Shown here: piece by piece, positions 23,335 through 34,485 of the stretch
Layout of the letters: every line of letters starts with the position of its first letter
Position numbering within the stretch: the first letter of the stretch is position 1
Assembly: GCA_963821525.1 (NCBI GenBank)
Contig: CAWGED010000012.1
Coordinates: 187,443 to 251,442 of the forward strand
Direction: 5' to 3'
Length of the DNA: 64,000 bases
Source of the DNA: an uncultured Gemmatimonadales bacterium
GTDB lineage: Bacteria > Gemmatimonadota > Gemmatimonadetes > Gemmatimonadales > GWC2-71-9
Program-made: the position numbers and the translations under genes
The notes under the pieces: generated by a model
What the model saw: only the letters and a program-made list of their open reading frames with translations
Told to the model about the DNA's origin: nothing
The model's database searches: none

Positions 23335-24694
23335 GCCCTTTCAAAATTCCGCTGTAGATCCAGGTCCGTCACCCGCTTGTCGTAGACCGCCTGCTCCTGG
23401 AGTGCCGTGTTCACGTAATGGTCCACCACGGTGTCTCCGAACGCGGCGCGAGCGGCCTTGGACCGGTCCAGCAGTCCGATGGCCTCGTACAGGGTCTTGG
23501 GAACCTCGGGCACCGTGGGATCGGCATAGGCGTTGCCGGTGTAGAGGTCTTCCATCTCCAGCTTGTTTTCCAGGCCGTACAGTCCCGCCGCAATTGTTGC
23601 CGCGAAAGCGAGATACGGATTGGCGTCTGCACCGGGGCAGCGGTTCTCGACCCGGATGCCGTTCGCCGAATGTCCCAGGATCCGCATCCCGCAGGTGCGA
23701 TTGTCTACTCCGGCCACCAGCCGAGTCGGCGCGAAGGACCCGGCCTGGTAGCGGCGGTAGCTGTTGACGTAAGGCGCATAGAAGACACTCAGCTCGCGGC
23801 CCAGTGCCAGCTGCCCCGCGACCCACTGGCGGAGACGGGTGGACATGTGGGCTGGTCCCTTCGGATCCCAGCCCAGTGGTTTACCGGTCTTCCGGTCCCA
23901 GAGCGAGCTGTGCAGGTGGAATGAATTGCCGGCATTGTTGGTGTGCCACTTGGCCATGAAAGTCACGGAGATGCCCTGCAGTGCGGCGAATTCCTTCACT
24001 CCGTGCTTGAAGATGCAGTGCCGGTCCGCCATCTCGACCGGCTCCTGGTGCGCGAGATTGAGCTCCTCCTGCCCGGGGCCCCATTCTCCCTTCGAGTTCT
24101 CCACCTCGAAGCCCAGGTCGTCGAAATAGCGGCGAAGCGGCTGCAGCAGTTTCTCTTCCTTGGTCGTCTGGAGGATGTGGTAGTCCTGGATGTACTTCCC
24201 GATCGTGTCCAGGTCGTGATAGCGCTTGGCGCCCGCCTGCTCGTAGCTGTCGTTGAACACATAGAACTCGAGCTCGGACGCGACTCGCAGCGTGAGCCCC
24301 ATCGCGTCGGCCCGCGCGACCTGGGCCTGGAGGATTTGTCGCGGCGCCACGGCCAGAGGTTCGTGGTCGCGGCCTTCGATGTCTCCCAGTACCAGCGCCG
24401 TGCGCTCCAGCCACGGCACCAGCACCAGGTCTTGGGGTCGGGCCGGACCATGAAGTCGCCATACCCCAGCTCCCAGGAGAACGAGTCGTACCCCGAGAAC
24501 GGCTCATTCTCCAGATCACACCCCAGCAGATAGTCGCAGCCTTCCCATCCGTGGCGAGCCTGGTCCAGGAAGGTCCGCGCGGTGTAGCGCTTCCCGGCCA
24601 GTCTTCCTTGCTGGTCGGGAAATGCGGTGAGCACGGTGTCCACCGTTCCGGCCTTGGCCATCTGCTCGAGTTTTTGGATGGAGATGGTCTTCAC
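23331..24694 (-). CDS. Glutamine synthetase-like gamma-glutamyl-amine ligase (GlnA4/PuuA type), frameshift near 24425
   Basis: D.QGRL.GKR, ASELEFY, E.GPGQ.E, TFMAK, HLHSSL, SFAPT, DNRT, ENR.PGADANPYLA. Confidence 0.9.
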
Positions 24695-24796
24695 GTTGGG
24701 TTCCTGGAGTTCAATCGAGATGTCGAGTGAACTCGGAGTTCGACGAGTGAGCCATGGTTACTGAGTCTCAGTCCTGACCTCAGACTCGGCACTAGC

Positions 24797-26218
24797 TCAG
24801 CTGGTCTCGAAATAGATGTTCTTCAGCTCGGTATAATGCTCCAGCGCGTGCATCCCCAATTCCCGGCCCAGGCCCGACTGCTTGAAGCCGCCGAAGGGGG
24901 CCTGCAGGTGCACGCTGGAGGAGGAATTCACCGAGATGACGCCGGTCTGAACCGCCTTTGCCACCCGTAACCCACGCTTCAGGTCGTTGGTCCACAGCGA
25001 GCCGGAGAGCCCGTAGATCGTGTCGTTGGCGATGGCGATCGCCTCGGCCTCGGTCTCGAACGGGATGACCACGACCATCGGCCCGAAAATCTCTTCGTCA
25101 ACGATTCGCATCCCGGGCTTGGCATCGGCAAAAATCGCAGGGCGGAGGAAGAACCCGTCGCCTGCTGGGCGCTCGCCACCACAGACATAGCGGGCTCCTT
25201 CCTGACGGCCCAACGCCACGTAGCTCTCGGTCCGCTCCCGCTGGCTCGCGGAGACGAGCGGTCCCATCTCGGTCTGCTCGTCCAGCGGATCGCCGACCCG
25301 CATCGCCTTTGCGATCGACGCCATCGCTTCGACCAGGGCGGGATATGCCTTCTTCTCGACGATCACCCTGGCCCGGGCGCAGCAGTCCTGCCCGGCATTG
25401 GCGAACACCGAGGAGCAGGCGTGCTTCGCCGCCGTTTCCAGGTCCACATCCGCGAAGATGATGTTGGGTGACTTGCCGCCCAGCTCCAATGAGACTCGCT
25501 TGATGGTCTCGGCAGCAGTGGCCATGATGCGCCGGCCGGTCTCGGTTTCCCCGGTAAATGCGATCTTGGCGATGTCAGGATGACCGGCCATCTGCTGGCC
25601 GATCCGGGCGCCGGGTCCCGGAACGACGTTGAGCACTCCAGGCGGGAGGCCGGCTTCGAGTCCCAGTTCTCCGAGACGGATGGCGCTGAGCGGAGTGAGA
25701 CTCGCGGGCTTGAGGACGACCGTATTTCCGCTGGCGAGCGCGGGCCCGATCTTCCAGGTGGCGATCACCATCGGGAAGTTCCACGGAACGATCAGCCCGA
25801 CCACGCCGAGTGGCTGGCGCAGCGTGAGATCCAGTCCGGTCTTGGCAACCTGGATCGTTTCGCCGAAGAACTTGTCTGCCGCACCGGCGTAGTACCGCAA
25901 GGTGTCGGCGACATGGTTCGCCTCCCACCGCGCGTCGCCAATCGGCTTCCCCACATTGCGGGCCTCAAGCACCGCCAATTCCTCGGCGTGAGTCCGCACC
26001 AGATCTGAAAAACGGAAGAGCACGTCGGCCCGGCTGACCGCGGTCCGGCCCGACCATTCGGGAAAGGCCTTCTTCGCCGAGGCTACCGCCTGGTCCAGCT
26101 CATCGGGGCCGGCCGATGCCACTTCGGCCATCGGCTTGCCCTTGGCGGGCTCGAGCACGGTGATGGTACCGGCGCCTTTGGGGCGCCGGTCGCCAATCAC
26201 CAGAGGTAGAGCCGTCAC
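24797..26218 (-). CDS. Aldehyde dehydrogenase
   Basis: IVPWNFP, KPAS.TP, FTGETETG, LELGGKSP, GQDC, EEIFGP, PFGGFKQSG.GRE; GTG start 26218 follows the permease stop. Confidence 0.93.
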   Translation of the reverse strand: MTALPLVIGDRRPKGAGTITVLEPAKGKPMAEVASAGPDELDQAVASAKKAFPEWSGRTAVSRADVLFRFSDLVRTHAEELAVLEARNVGKPIGDARWEANHVADTLRYYAGAADKFFGETIQVAKTGLDLTLRQPLGVVGLIVPWNFPMVIATWKIGPALASGNTVVLKPASLTPLSAIRLGELGLEAGLPPGVLNVVPGPGARIGQQMAGHPDIAKIAFTGETETGRRIMATAAETIKRVSLELGGKSPNIIFADVDLETAAKHACSSVFANAGQDCCARARVIVEKKAYPALVEAMASIAKAMRVGDPLDEQTEMGPLVSASQRERTESYVALGRQEGARYVCGGERPAGDGFFLRPAIFADAKPGMRIVDEEIFGPMVVVIPFETEAEAIAIANDTIYGLSGSLWTNDLKRGLRVAKAVQTGVISVNSSSSVHLQAPFGGFKQSGLGRELGMHALEHYTELKNIYFETS

Positions 26219-26220
26219 AG

Positions 26221-27887
26221 CTATTGGGCCGGGACCAGTGCGGCTTCGATCCGGCGCAGCGCATCTTCGTCGGCCTTGCTCGGCCCGAGCGAACCGCTTC
26301 TTGGCCGACAGCTGCCAATACAGCCCGAGAACGACGCACAGCCCCAGCATGGTCCACAGCACCAACTCGTTGGGCGGGAGGCTGAAAATCACGGTAATGA
26401 TCAAAACCCAGACGATTGCGATGAGGTTGAGCACCGGCCCCCATTTGCCCAGGTACCACGGGGCCGTCTCGGCTGTGGCGAACTCTCCCTGGCCCCGCCG
26501 CTTATTACGCCAGTTGAGGTAGATGGGGAACATGTACGCCAGGTAGAGCGTGATGGTGCTGATCGAGGTCACCACGTAGAAGGCCGCGGCGTAGACGCAG
26601 ATCAGGACAGCGAGCAGACTCGTGATCACGATAGACCAGACCGGGGTCCGATATTTCGGGCTCACCCGCTTGATGTGACCCGATCCCGGCATGCCATCGT
26701 CCCGAGCAAAGGCGTACCACATCCGGCCCATGGACGTGATTGAGGCCAGCCCGCACAGCCACATCGCGACGCCGATGATGACGGCGACGACGTTCGCAAA
26801 GAACGTCGAAAGGTTGTTGTAGACGATGTAAAGCACCGGGTAGGCATCGGCTGCCGTCTCGGCCACCTTCCCTTCCGGAATCGACCAAGTGAGCACCAGC
26901 AGCATGATGTATCCGACCACCGCGGAAACCGCGACCGAGAGGAACACGCCCCAGGCCGAGTTGAGCCGTGCCATGACCGTCTCTTCCGCCACGTGGGCTG
27001 ACGCGTCGTAACCGGTGTAGGTCCACTGGGCCTGCAGAGTGGCCAGAAGGAAGCACAGCACGAATGGGGCGGCCTTGTAGAGATCGGCGAGACCCGGTAT
27101 CAGCCCGAAGAGCAGCGAAGGATATTTGAAGTTGCCAAACACCAACGCGGGCACCGGAGTGCCGCTCCCCAAGTCGGCCGACGAAGCATCCAAGCGGGTT
27201 GACCGAGGTGGAAGTCGAGAACATGAACTCGAGACTGTTGTGATGCTGTCCCAAGAACACCAGCAGGACGAAGATCACCGCGACGCCGATGATGTGCCAC
27301 CACACGCTGAAATCGTTGAGCTTCGCGGTGAGCCGGATCCCGAGGACGTTGATGAGCACCTGGGGAATCATGATCAACACCATCACAAACAGCTGGAAAT
27401 ACCAACTGGTTGGAGAACCGAAGACCGGGATTGCGGCATCGGCTGGGACGTTAAAGATCCGAGTGAAGGCGCCGATGATGTAGATCGACGCGGCCACGTT
27501 GATGCCCGCGGTAATCGTGATCTGTCCGATCATGTTGAGCCAGGCGGTAATCCACGCCCAGCCCCTGCCGCCCAGCCGGTAGGCCCAGAAGTAGAGTCCG
27601 CCCGCCGTAGGATACGCCGAGGCCAGCTCCGCCATTGATGCGGCGACGCAGAGCGTGAAGAGGCTCACCACCGGCCAGCCGATCGTATTGATGATGGGAC
27701 CCGCGAACTTGAGGCCGTAGCCAAAGAGCAGAATGGCTCCGGTCAGAATCGAAATGATGGAGAACGAGATCGCGAAGTTGGAGAATCCTCCCATTTCCCG
27801 GAACAGTTGCTGGGCATAGCCGAGCCTGTGGAGGTCGCGGACATCCTGCCGGATCTGCTCCTCCCGGTCCATCGGTTGCTGGGCCAT
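26221..27887 (-). CDS. APC-family amino acid/polyamine permease (frameshifts near 27195 and 26285)
   Basis: LGY.Q.L.R..GGFSNFAISFS, MAELASAYPTAGGLY.W, GYDASAHVAEET, FARD.G.P; multiple TM segments. Confidence 0.92.
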
Positions 27888-28083
27888 CGCGCACCTCGGG
27901 TAAAGGTCGGCCTAAGGAAGGACTGGGAACGAGCGTCGCCACCCTCGGGCCGATACGGAAGTGGGAATAGCTGGGGCGGGGAGAATATCCCGCGCGATTT
28001 GGGGGAGGGCAAGAGCGGGAGAGGGCGACAGCGACGGGAGACGGGATACGCGGCGAACGGGAACTCGCAATCGAACCTGAGGA

Positions 28084-29035
28084 CTAGGACGTCGGCACCG
28101 TAATCGGTGGGAGTCGTGATTCGATCGCCGAGCGATTGGGTTCTTCCCAAGGGGGAAGCTTGAGATCCTGTCCCAGGGCGGGAAGCTCTTCGTCTATAGT
28201 GAAGCCGGGTTTCACGGTCGCGACTTCGAACAGGACTCCGCCCGGCTCTCGGAAATAGATCGATGTGAAGTAGCACCGGTCGCGTACCTCGGTTACCTGC
28301 AAGCCTCGTCGAATGATTTCTTCGCGCAGCTGGAGCTGCTGGTCCGGATCCGCAATCGCGAGTGCGACGTGATGGACGGTGCCGAGGCCATTCGCGGCTG
28401 CGGGAGCATCGGGAGCGGCGACGATATCAATTGACCTGCCGGCTCCCGCCCCGTTTATCCCCATCCGAATACGTCCCGCATCCTCGTTCACCTGCTCGAA
28501 GCCCAGCAGGTCGGTCATCAATTCGACGGTTTTCGCGGGATTGCGAATCAGACAGCGTCACGCTGTGGAGGCCGCGAATGGCCCGGTCGGGCTCGATCCC
28601 ACCTTGAGTCCAGGGTGTCCGTTCATCCCGATCGGCGGTGATCAGCTCGATCTTGAGGCCTGAAGGATCGCGAAAGACGAGGATCTCCTCGTCGAAACGA
28701 GATCCTGCATCTTCCTGAACAATGCCCTGATCTCGCAGGCGCGCCTCCCAGAAGGCGAGCGCATCGCGCGGCACCGAGAACGAGGTGGCGACGATCTGCC
28801 CCGCACCGTGCACTCCAACCGGCACTCCCCATCCTTTGTAAGGGAAGGTGGTCCAAAGGGTACTGGGGCGGCCGGTCTCGTCTCCGTAGTAGAAGTGGTA
28901 GACGTTGTGGTTGTCGAAGTTGACCGTGCGCTTGACCAGTCTCAGACCCAGGGCACCGCTCGCGAAGTCGACATCCGCCTGCGCTTCGGCGACGGTGGCG
29001 GTGACGTGGTGGAGGCCGAGGATCGGTGGACGCAT
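28084..29035 (-). CDS. Ring-cleaving dioxygenase/glyoxalase (VOC, MhqO-like), frameshift near 28550
   Basis: GLHHVTA, LVKRTVNFD..YHFYYGDE, GTVHHVA, DRCYFTSIYFREPGGVLFEVAT. Confidence 0.9.
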
Positions 29036-29258
29036 GCTGGTAGTGTAGGTTCGGGCCGGAGTGAAGGGAAGGAAGGTGTCAGGTTTCAGGTGTCAGGTGT
29101 CTGGGATTGGTACCATGCCATCGGTCTGACTTCTGCGTCTGACTCCTTGCTCCTTACTCCTCAGTACTCAGTCCTTTTCCCTCGCCACCTCTTTCTCTAT
29201 CCTTCCTCCTCCCCTACTAAGAAGCCCAACGCTGAGCCCTACTCGTCTGCAGTCGGCA

Positions 29259-31618
29259 TTGGCGGACCGCTACCGGATCGAGCGGGAGCTTGGTCGTGGC
29301 GGAATGGCCACCGTCTTTTACGCCTGGGACCTGAAACACGACAGGCCGGTTGCGCTCAAGCTGTTGCACTCTGACTTGGCCCACCTTCTCGGTCCCGAGC
29401 GTTTTCTCCGCGAGATCCGGGTCTCGGCGCGCCTGCAGCACCCTCACATCCTCTCGGTGCTCGATTCGGGCGACGTGGGTGGGACCGGAGATCAGGGCGG
29501 AGCACTCCTCTGGTACACCATGCCCTTCGTCGAGGGCGAGACCCTTCGCGACCGCCTACGGCGAGAAGGGCAACTCCCGCTCGATGAGGCTCTCCGGATT
29601 ACAAGCCAGGCGGCGGATGCCCTGCACTACGCTCACCAGCACGGAGTGATCCACCGCGATATCAAGCCTGAGAACATCCTGCTCAGCGGGAATCACGCGC
29701 AGGTGGCTGACTTCGGCGTGGCGGCCGCTATCCCCGACGGAACCGCGGAGCCAGCTAATCGGTTGACCGAGACCGGGCTCGCCGTAGGAACGCCGCAGTA
29801 CATGAGTCCGGAGCAGAGCGCCGGCGAACGGACTCTCGATGCGCGCAGCGACATCTATGCCCTGGGCACCGTCCTCTATGAGATGCTAGCTGGCGAGCCA
29901 CCCTATACCGGTCCCACGCCGCAGGCGATTCTGGCCAAACGATTGACCGAGCCCTTACCTCACATTCGCACGGTACGAGACGTACCTCCGTGGGTGGAGG
30001 ACGCGGTGACCCGAGCCCTGGCTCGCGCGCCGGCCGACAGGTTTGCGACGGCGGCGGAATTCGCGGCGGCGTTGGAAAGACGGGCAGATGGCAGGCGGAC
30101 CAAAAAATTGACGGCGCTGCGCCTCGTCGCCACCCACTTCAAGGTCCGCTCGCCTTGACCGCCCTGATCGCCCTGACCGTCCTGTCCGCCGTCGCAATTT
30201 ACCTGAGCCGCCGCAGTACCAACCCGTCATCAGCGACATCTGCCTCCGCCGCCGTCCTTCCATTCACCGACCTGAGCCAGGAGAAGGATCAGGAGTACTT
30301 CAGCGACGGACTGACCGACGAATTGATTACCGCGCTGAGCCGGATTGAAGGCCTCAAGGTGGCCGCACGGACTTCGTCCTTTCAATTCAAGGATACCAAA
30401 GCTGATGTGCGGGAAGTGGGCCGCAAGCTGGGAGTCGCAACTGTGATCGAGGGCAGCGTCCGGAAGAGCGGGAACCGGCTCCGGGTCAACGCACAGTTGG
30501 TGAGTGCGGGTGACGGGTACGAGCTCTGGTCGGATAGTTACGACCGGGAGCTGGCCGATGTCTTCGCGGTCCAGGAGGAGATCGCCCGGTCCATCGCGGC
30601 GGCACTTCGGCTCCGACTGGGGCATCAAACCGACTCGGCCCTCGGCGAACGACCCACTGGGGACCTCGATGCGTATGACCTCTATCTCAAGGGGCGATTC
30701 GCCTGGAATCAGCGAACGGGCGGATCGTTGCTCCTTGCCGCGCAGTATTTCAAACAGGCGGTAGAGCGCGATCCCGGCTTCGCCCGAGCCTACGCTGGGT
30801 TGGCCGACGCAAGCATCCTTCTGCCTCAATACTCAGGCGTGTTACCCAGAGTGGCATGGCCCGAGGCCAAGTCCGCGGCCGTAAAGGCGCTCGCGCTGGA
30901 CAGCACTCTCGCGGAGGCTCATACGTCACTGGCCTATGGGACCATGCTGTACGAATGGGATTGGGCCGCGGCCGAGGCAGGGTTCAAACGGGCGATCGCG
31001 GCGGACCCGAACTATCCCACCGCCCGTCAGTGGTACGGCGACTACCTGGCTGGACGGGGCCGCTTGGAGGAGAGCCTCAAGGAGATGCGGCGAGGCGTCG
31101 AGCTGGATCCCCTCTCCCGCATCATCGGCGGCGAGCTAGCCTGGACCTACTACGTGATGCACCGAAACGATGAGGCTCTGGCCCAGATCGACACGATGCT
31201 ACGCCTTGATCCCAACTATAGCCACACCTATTTCGTTCAGTCGTTGATCTTTCTGCAACAACGGGATTATGAGAAAGCCCTCACCGCCATCCAACGTGAC
31301 TCGGAGCTAGGCGGATCCTACGCTCAGCCCGAAAGTCGCAGAGTCTGGGTCCATGCCGGGCAGGGAGACACCGCCGCGGCCAAACGGGTTCTCGCCGGGC
31401 TCGAGGAACGTTCGAAGCGGGAATACGTCCCACCGTGGGCCTTTGCCGTCGCTTATACCGGCCTCGGGGACAGGACCCGCGCCATCGGGTGGCTCAACAG
31501 GGGCATCGACGAGCGAGACATGATAATGGCGGAGAATCTCTTCGATCCCATCCTCGACCCACTGCGAGGCGATCCCAGATTTGCAGAGGTGGAAAGGCGG
31601 ATGGGACTCAAGCCCTAG
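29259..31618 (+). CDS. Ser/Thr kinase with TM, TolB-like domain and TPR repeats (frameshift near 30090)
   Basis: LGRGGMATV, HRDIKPEN, DFG, GTPQYMSPEQ; then AVLPF.DLS...QEYFSDGL, EGSVR, AYDLYLKG, TPRs, DPLRGDPRF. Confidence 0.92.
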
Positions 31619-31641
31619 CTCCGCCCTTCCAACTGAATCCG

Positions 31642-32644
31642 TCACGGAGCAATCCGCAGGTCGAATGCACCGTTGGTGATTACCATCGGACCGGAAGCAC
31701 TGCCGCCTACCGCAGGAAGATTGGCCGAGAAGGTGCCAGCCACCCTGGTCGCGGTGAGGGAAGTGATCGTCACCGAGCTCGTCGCTCCCGCGCCACCCCA
31801 ACAGCAGTTATTCGCCTGACCGTCGAAGTGAAGCACCACCCCGGTCTGATCATAGGTATTCCCCGCACTCACCGGCGTCGAGGTAACCAGATTGACCGAA
31901 AGCGTGGAGTTGGCGACCGTATTGTCGGTGGTGCTTCCACCCAGCGAGAAGGAACCAGTCGAGAGGTCACCCACCCCAACAACGGTAGCCCCGGTCCAGG
32001 CCGCGCCGTTCAGCGTGGCGGTGAAGGTATTGCCCGTATTGTCGCCGGTCGGGAGCGTGAAGGCGGCCGGCAGCGCCACGTCGAAGGTGCCGTTGGTCAC
32101 CGTCTTGATCCCCGGTGCCCCCGAACCGAGTGATGGAGGAGCCACGAACGTGAACGTGCCCGGCGATTCGGGTCGAGGTCAGGGTCGTGACGTTCACGCT
32201 CCCGCGATCTCCGGTGAAATCAATGGCATAGATATTCAGGGTCGCGCCGTTCTTGATGAGCACCGATCCTCCTCCGCCCGGAGTGGTTCCCTGATTCACC
32301 CCCAGAGGATAGGTGCCGGTCCCACTGATGAATCCCAGATAGAGCGAAACCGCGATGTAGTCTTGTCCGGTGATCTGGGTACCGGTGATCGTAAGGAACC
32401 CTGGGTTTTGCTGGGAGCTGGTGACCAGGACGCCATTCTGGGATGCCGCCCAGGCCTGTCCGTCGATCGAGGCGCTCATCGGACCACTGCCTCCGCCCCC
32501 ACCGCCCCCTCCTCCACCCCCATTAGGCCCGGTGCCACTGCTGCCACAGGCGGCGAGGAGGACAAGTAGACCAACCAAACTGCTCTTGAGGTAAAGCGAA
32601 CAAGCGGCCAAGCTTGCGGGACGACGGGACGTAGACTGACGCAT
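31642..32644 (-). CDS. Lipoprotein with two tandem beta-rich domains (DUF6252-like), frameshift near 32160
   Basis: Lipobox LAAC, poly-Gly linker, two repeats of A.(I/L)(D/N)G.AW...V..T.LT.TR.AG.F...T.G.F. Confidence 0.65.
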
Positions 32645-32763
32645 GGGGGCCCTCCGACGGGGAACGGTTTCTCCCCATTGCGTGGAAGTCCCGGAAAAAC
32701 CGTCATCCTCACCGTTTGGTGGCCCGGCAGCGGGCCGCCCGGCGCCCGATATATTTGACCCGA

Positions 32764-34371
32764 GTGAGCTCCGACACCCCACACGACCTCGAAGCCGCGC
32801 TGGCCGAGCGGTACACCCTGCGCCACATGTTGGGCCGGGGCGGTATGGCCACGGTGTACCTGGCCGACGACCGCAAGCACCAGCGCGAAGTGGCGGTGAA
32901 GGTGCTCCGGCGCGACCTGGCAGCCACCCTCGGCGCCGAGCGGTTCCTCAAGGAAATTCAGATCGTCGCGCGGCTGACCCATCCCCACATTCTGGCTCTT
33001 CATGACAGCGGAGAGGCGGCAGGCTTCCTCTATTACGTCATGCCGTACATCGATGGCGGATCGCTGCGTCGCCAGCTCGAAGAGCGCCGGTGTCTCCCCC
33101 GCGGGGAAGCATTGGAAATCGCCTTACCGGTGGCCGATGCGCTTTCGTACGCTCACCGCAAGGGGATTTTTCACCGCGATATCAAGCCGGAAAACATCCT
33201 CTTTTCTCAGGGCCACCCAATCGTCGCGGACTTCGGCATTGCCAAGGCTCTCTCCACGGCCGGCGCCGCCAATCTCACGCGCACCGGATTCCCGCTCGGC
33301 ACGCCCGGCTACATGAGCCCGGAGCAGGCGGCGGGAATGACTGACCTGGATGAACGGAGCGACGTCTACAGCCTGGCGGTCGTGATCTACGAAATGCTGA
33401 CCGGCGAGATCCCGGGCCGGTGGCCGACCGAAGACGCGGTGCGGGCCGGCCGTTTCCTCGAGGCGCCTCTGCCCCATCGAACACGACTCGACCAGGCTGG
33501 TGTTGCCACCGAGGCGGCGCTGGTGAGAGGCTTGGCGATTCGCCATGACCAGCGGACTCCGACGCCGGCCGAGCTCATGGCCGAGTTGCAAGGAGGGCAG
33601 CAGGCGGTGCGGAGGAAGTATCGCGAGGATGAGGTGAAGGAGATCGTAAGGCGCGCGTCGGAGCTCGAGGCCTCAAGCCCGACTCAGTCCGGGGCGATGA
33701 CCATCGGTGGAATTGAGTCCTTGGGGCGGGAGGTCGGGATCGAGCCGGCCGTGGTGCGCTCGGCGGCCAAGTCGCTGGAGAGACGCTCTACCCCGACACC
33801 CACTACGCCAGCCCTGGTGAGGGGACTGATCGGCGCGCCGGCGAGCCTCATGGTCGAGCGCATTGTCGAAGGAGAGCTGCCTCCCGATGAATTCCCGACC
33901 CTGGTCGAGGAGATTCGCCGGGAACTGCAGCATGTGGGACAGGTGAGTCAGCTGGGCTGGTCCTTCTCCTGGACCATGACCAGGAGCGGAAACATTCGGC
34001 GCGATGTAGAGGTGGCCGTCACGGTGCGGGGGGGACAGACCCGGATCATTGTTCGGGAGAATCTGGGCCCGCTCATCGGTATGGTCTTTGGCGGGATCTG
34101 CGGGGGAGTTGGAGGGGGCGGCATGGGTCCCATCCTCAGTATCGGCTTCGGGGCGTTTCACCTTCCGGGCGCGGCAGTCTTAGCGATAATCCCAGCCTGG
34201 ATTGCCACCGCATATGGGATTGCCCGCAGGGTTTATCGAAGCTCGTTCACCAAGCGAGAGCAATTGTTCAATGGACTGGCCGACCGTCTTGCCGAGATGA
34301 CCGAGCAATTGATTCCCCACCGGCCCCAGTTGTGGAATCCGAGGAGAGGGGTGGAGGGATTGAGGGATTGA
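32764..34371 (+). CDS. Ser/Thr kinase fused to C-terminal membrane domain of unknown function
   Basis: LGRGGMATV, HRDIKPEN, DFG, GTPGYMSPEQ; C-terminal helical plus two Gly-rich TM segments. Confidence 0.9.
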   Translation: MSSDTPHDLEAALAERYTLRHMLGRGGMATVYLADDRKHQREVAVKVLRRDLAATLGAERFLKEIQIVARLTHPHILALHDSGEAAGFLYYVMPYIDGGSLRRQLEERRCLPRGEALEIALPVADALSYAHRKGIFHRDIKPENILFSQGHPIVADFGIAKALSTAGAANLTRTGFPLGTPGYMSPEQAAGMTDLDERSDVYSLAVVIYEMLTGEIPGRWPTEDAVRAGRFLEAPLPHRTRLDQAGVATEAALVRGLAIRHDQRTPTPAELMAELQGGQQAVRRKYREDEVKEIVRRASELEASSPTQSGAMTIGGIESLGREVGIEPAVVRSAAKSLERRSTPTPTTPALVRGLIGAPASLMVERIVEGELPPDEFPTLVEEIRRELQHVGQVSQLGWSFSWTMTRSGNIRRDVEVAVTVRGGQTRIIVRENLGPLIGMVFGGICGGVGGGGMGPILSIGFGAFHLPGAAVLAIIPAWIATAYGIARRVYRSSFTKREQLFNGLADRLAEMTEQLIPHRPQLWNPRRGVEGLRD

Positions 34372-34477
34372 GGGATTGAGGGATTTAAGATTGAAGATTG
34401 CAGATTGAAGATTGCAGATTGGTAATTGAGAATTGGTAATTGAGAATTGGTAATTGAAAATTGAAAATTTTGAAATG
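34354..34477. repeat. AT-rich graded tandem array (GAGGGATT x4, then NNNGATT/NNNAATT heptamers)
   Basis: Directly visible; contains the kinase stop codon. Confidence 0.9.
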
Positions 34478-34485
34478 GAAGTGAG

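Noticed and set aside
24797..27193. 798-aa permease-aldehyde dehydrogenase fusion ORF
   Set aside because: A shift near 26285 gives a natural permease end (TAG at 26221) followed by GTG 26218; the fusion is most likely an indel artefact
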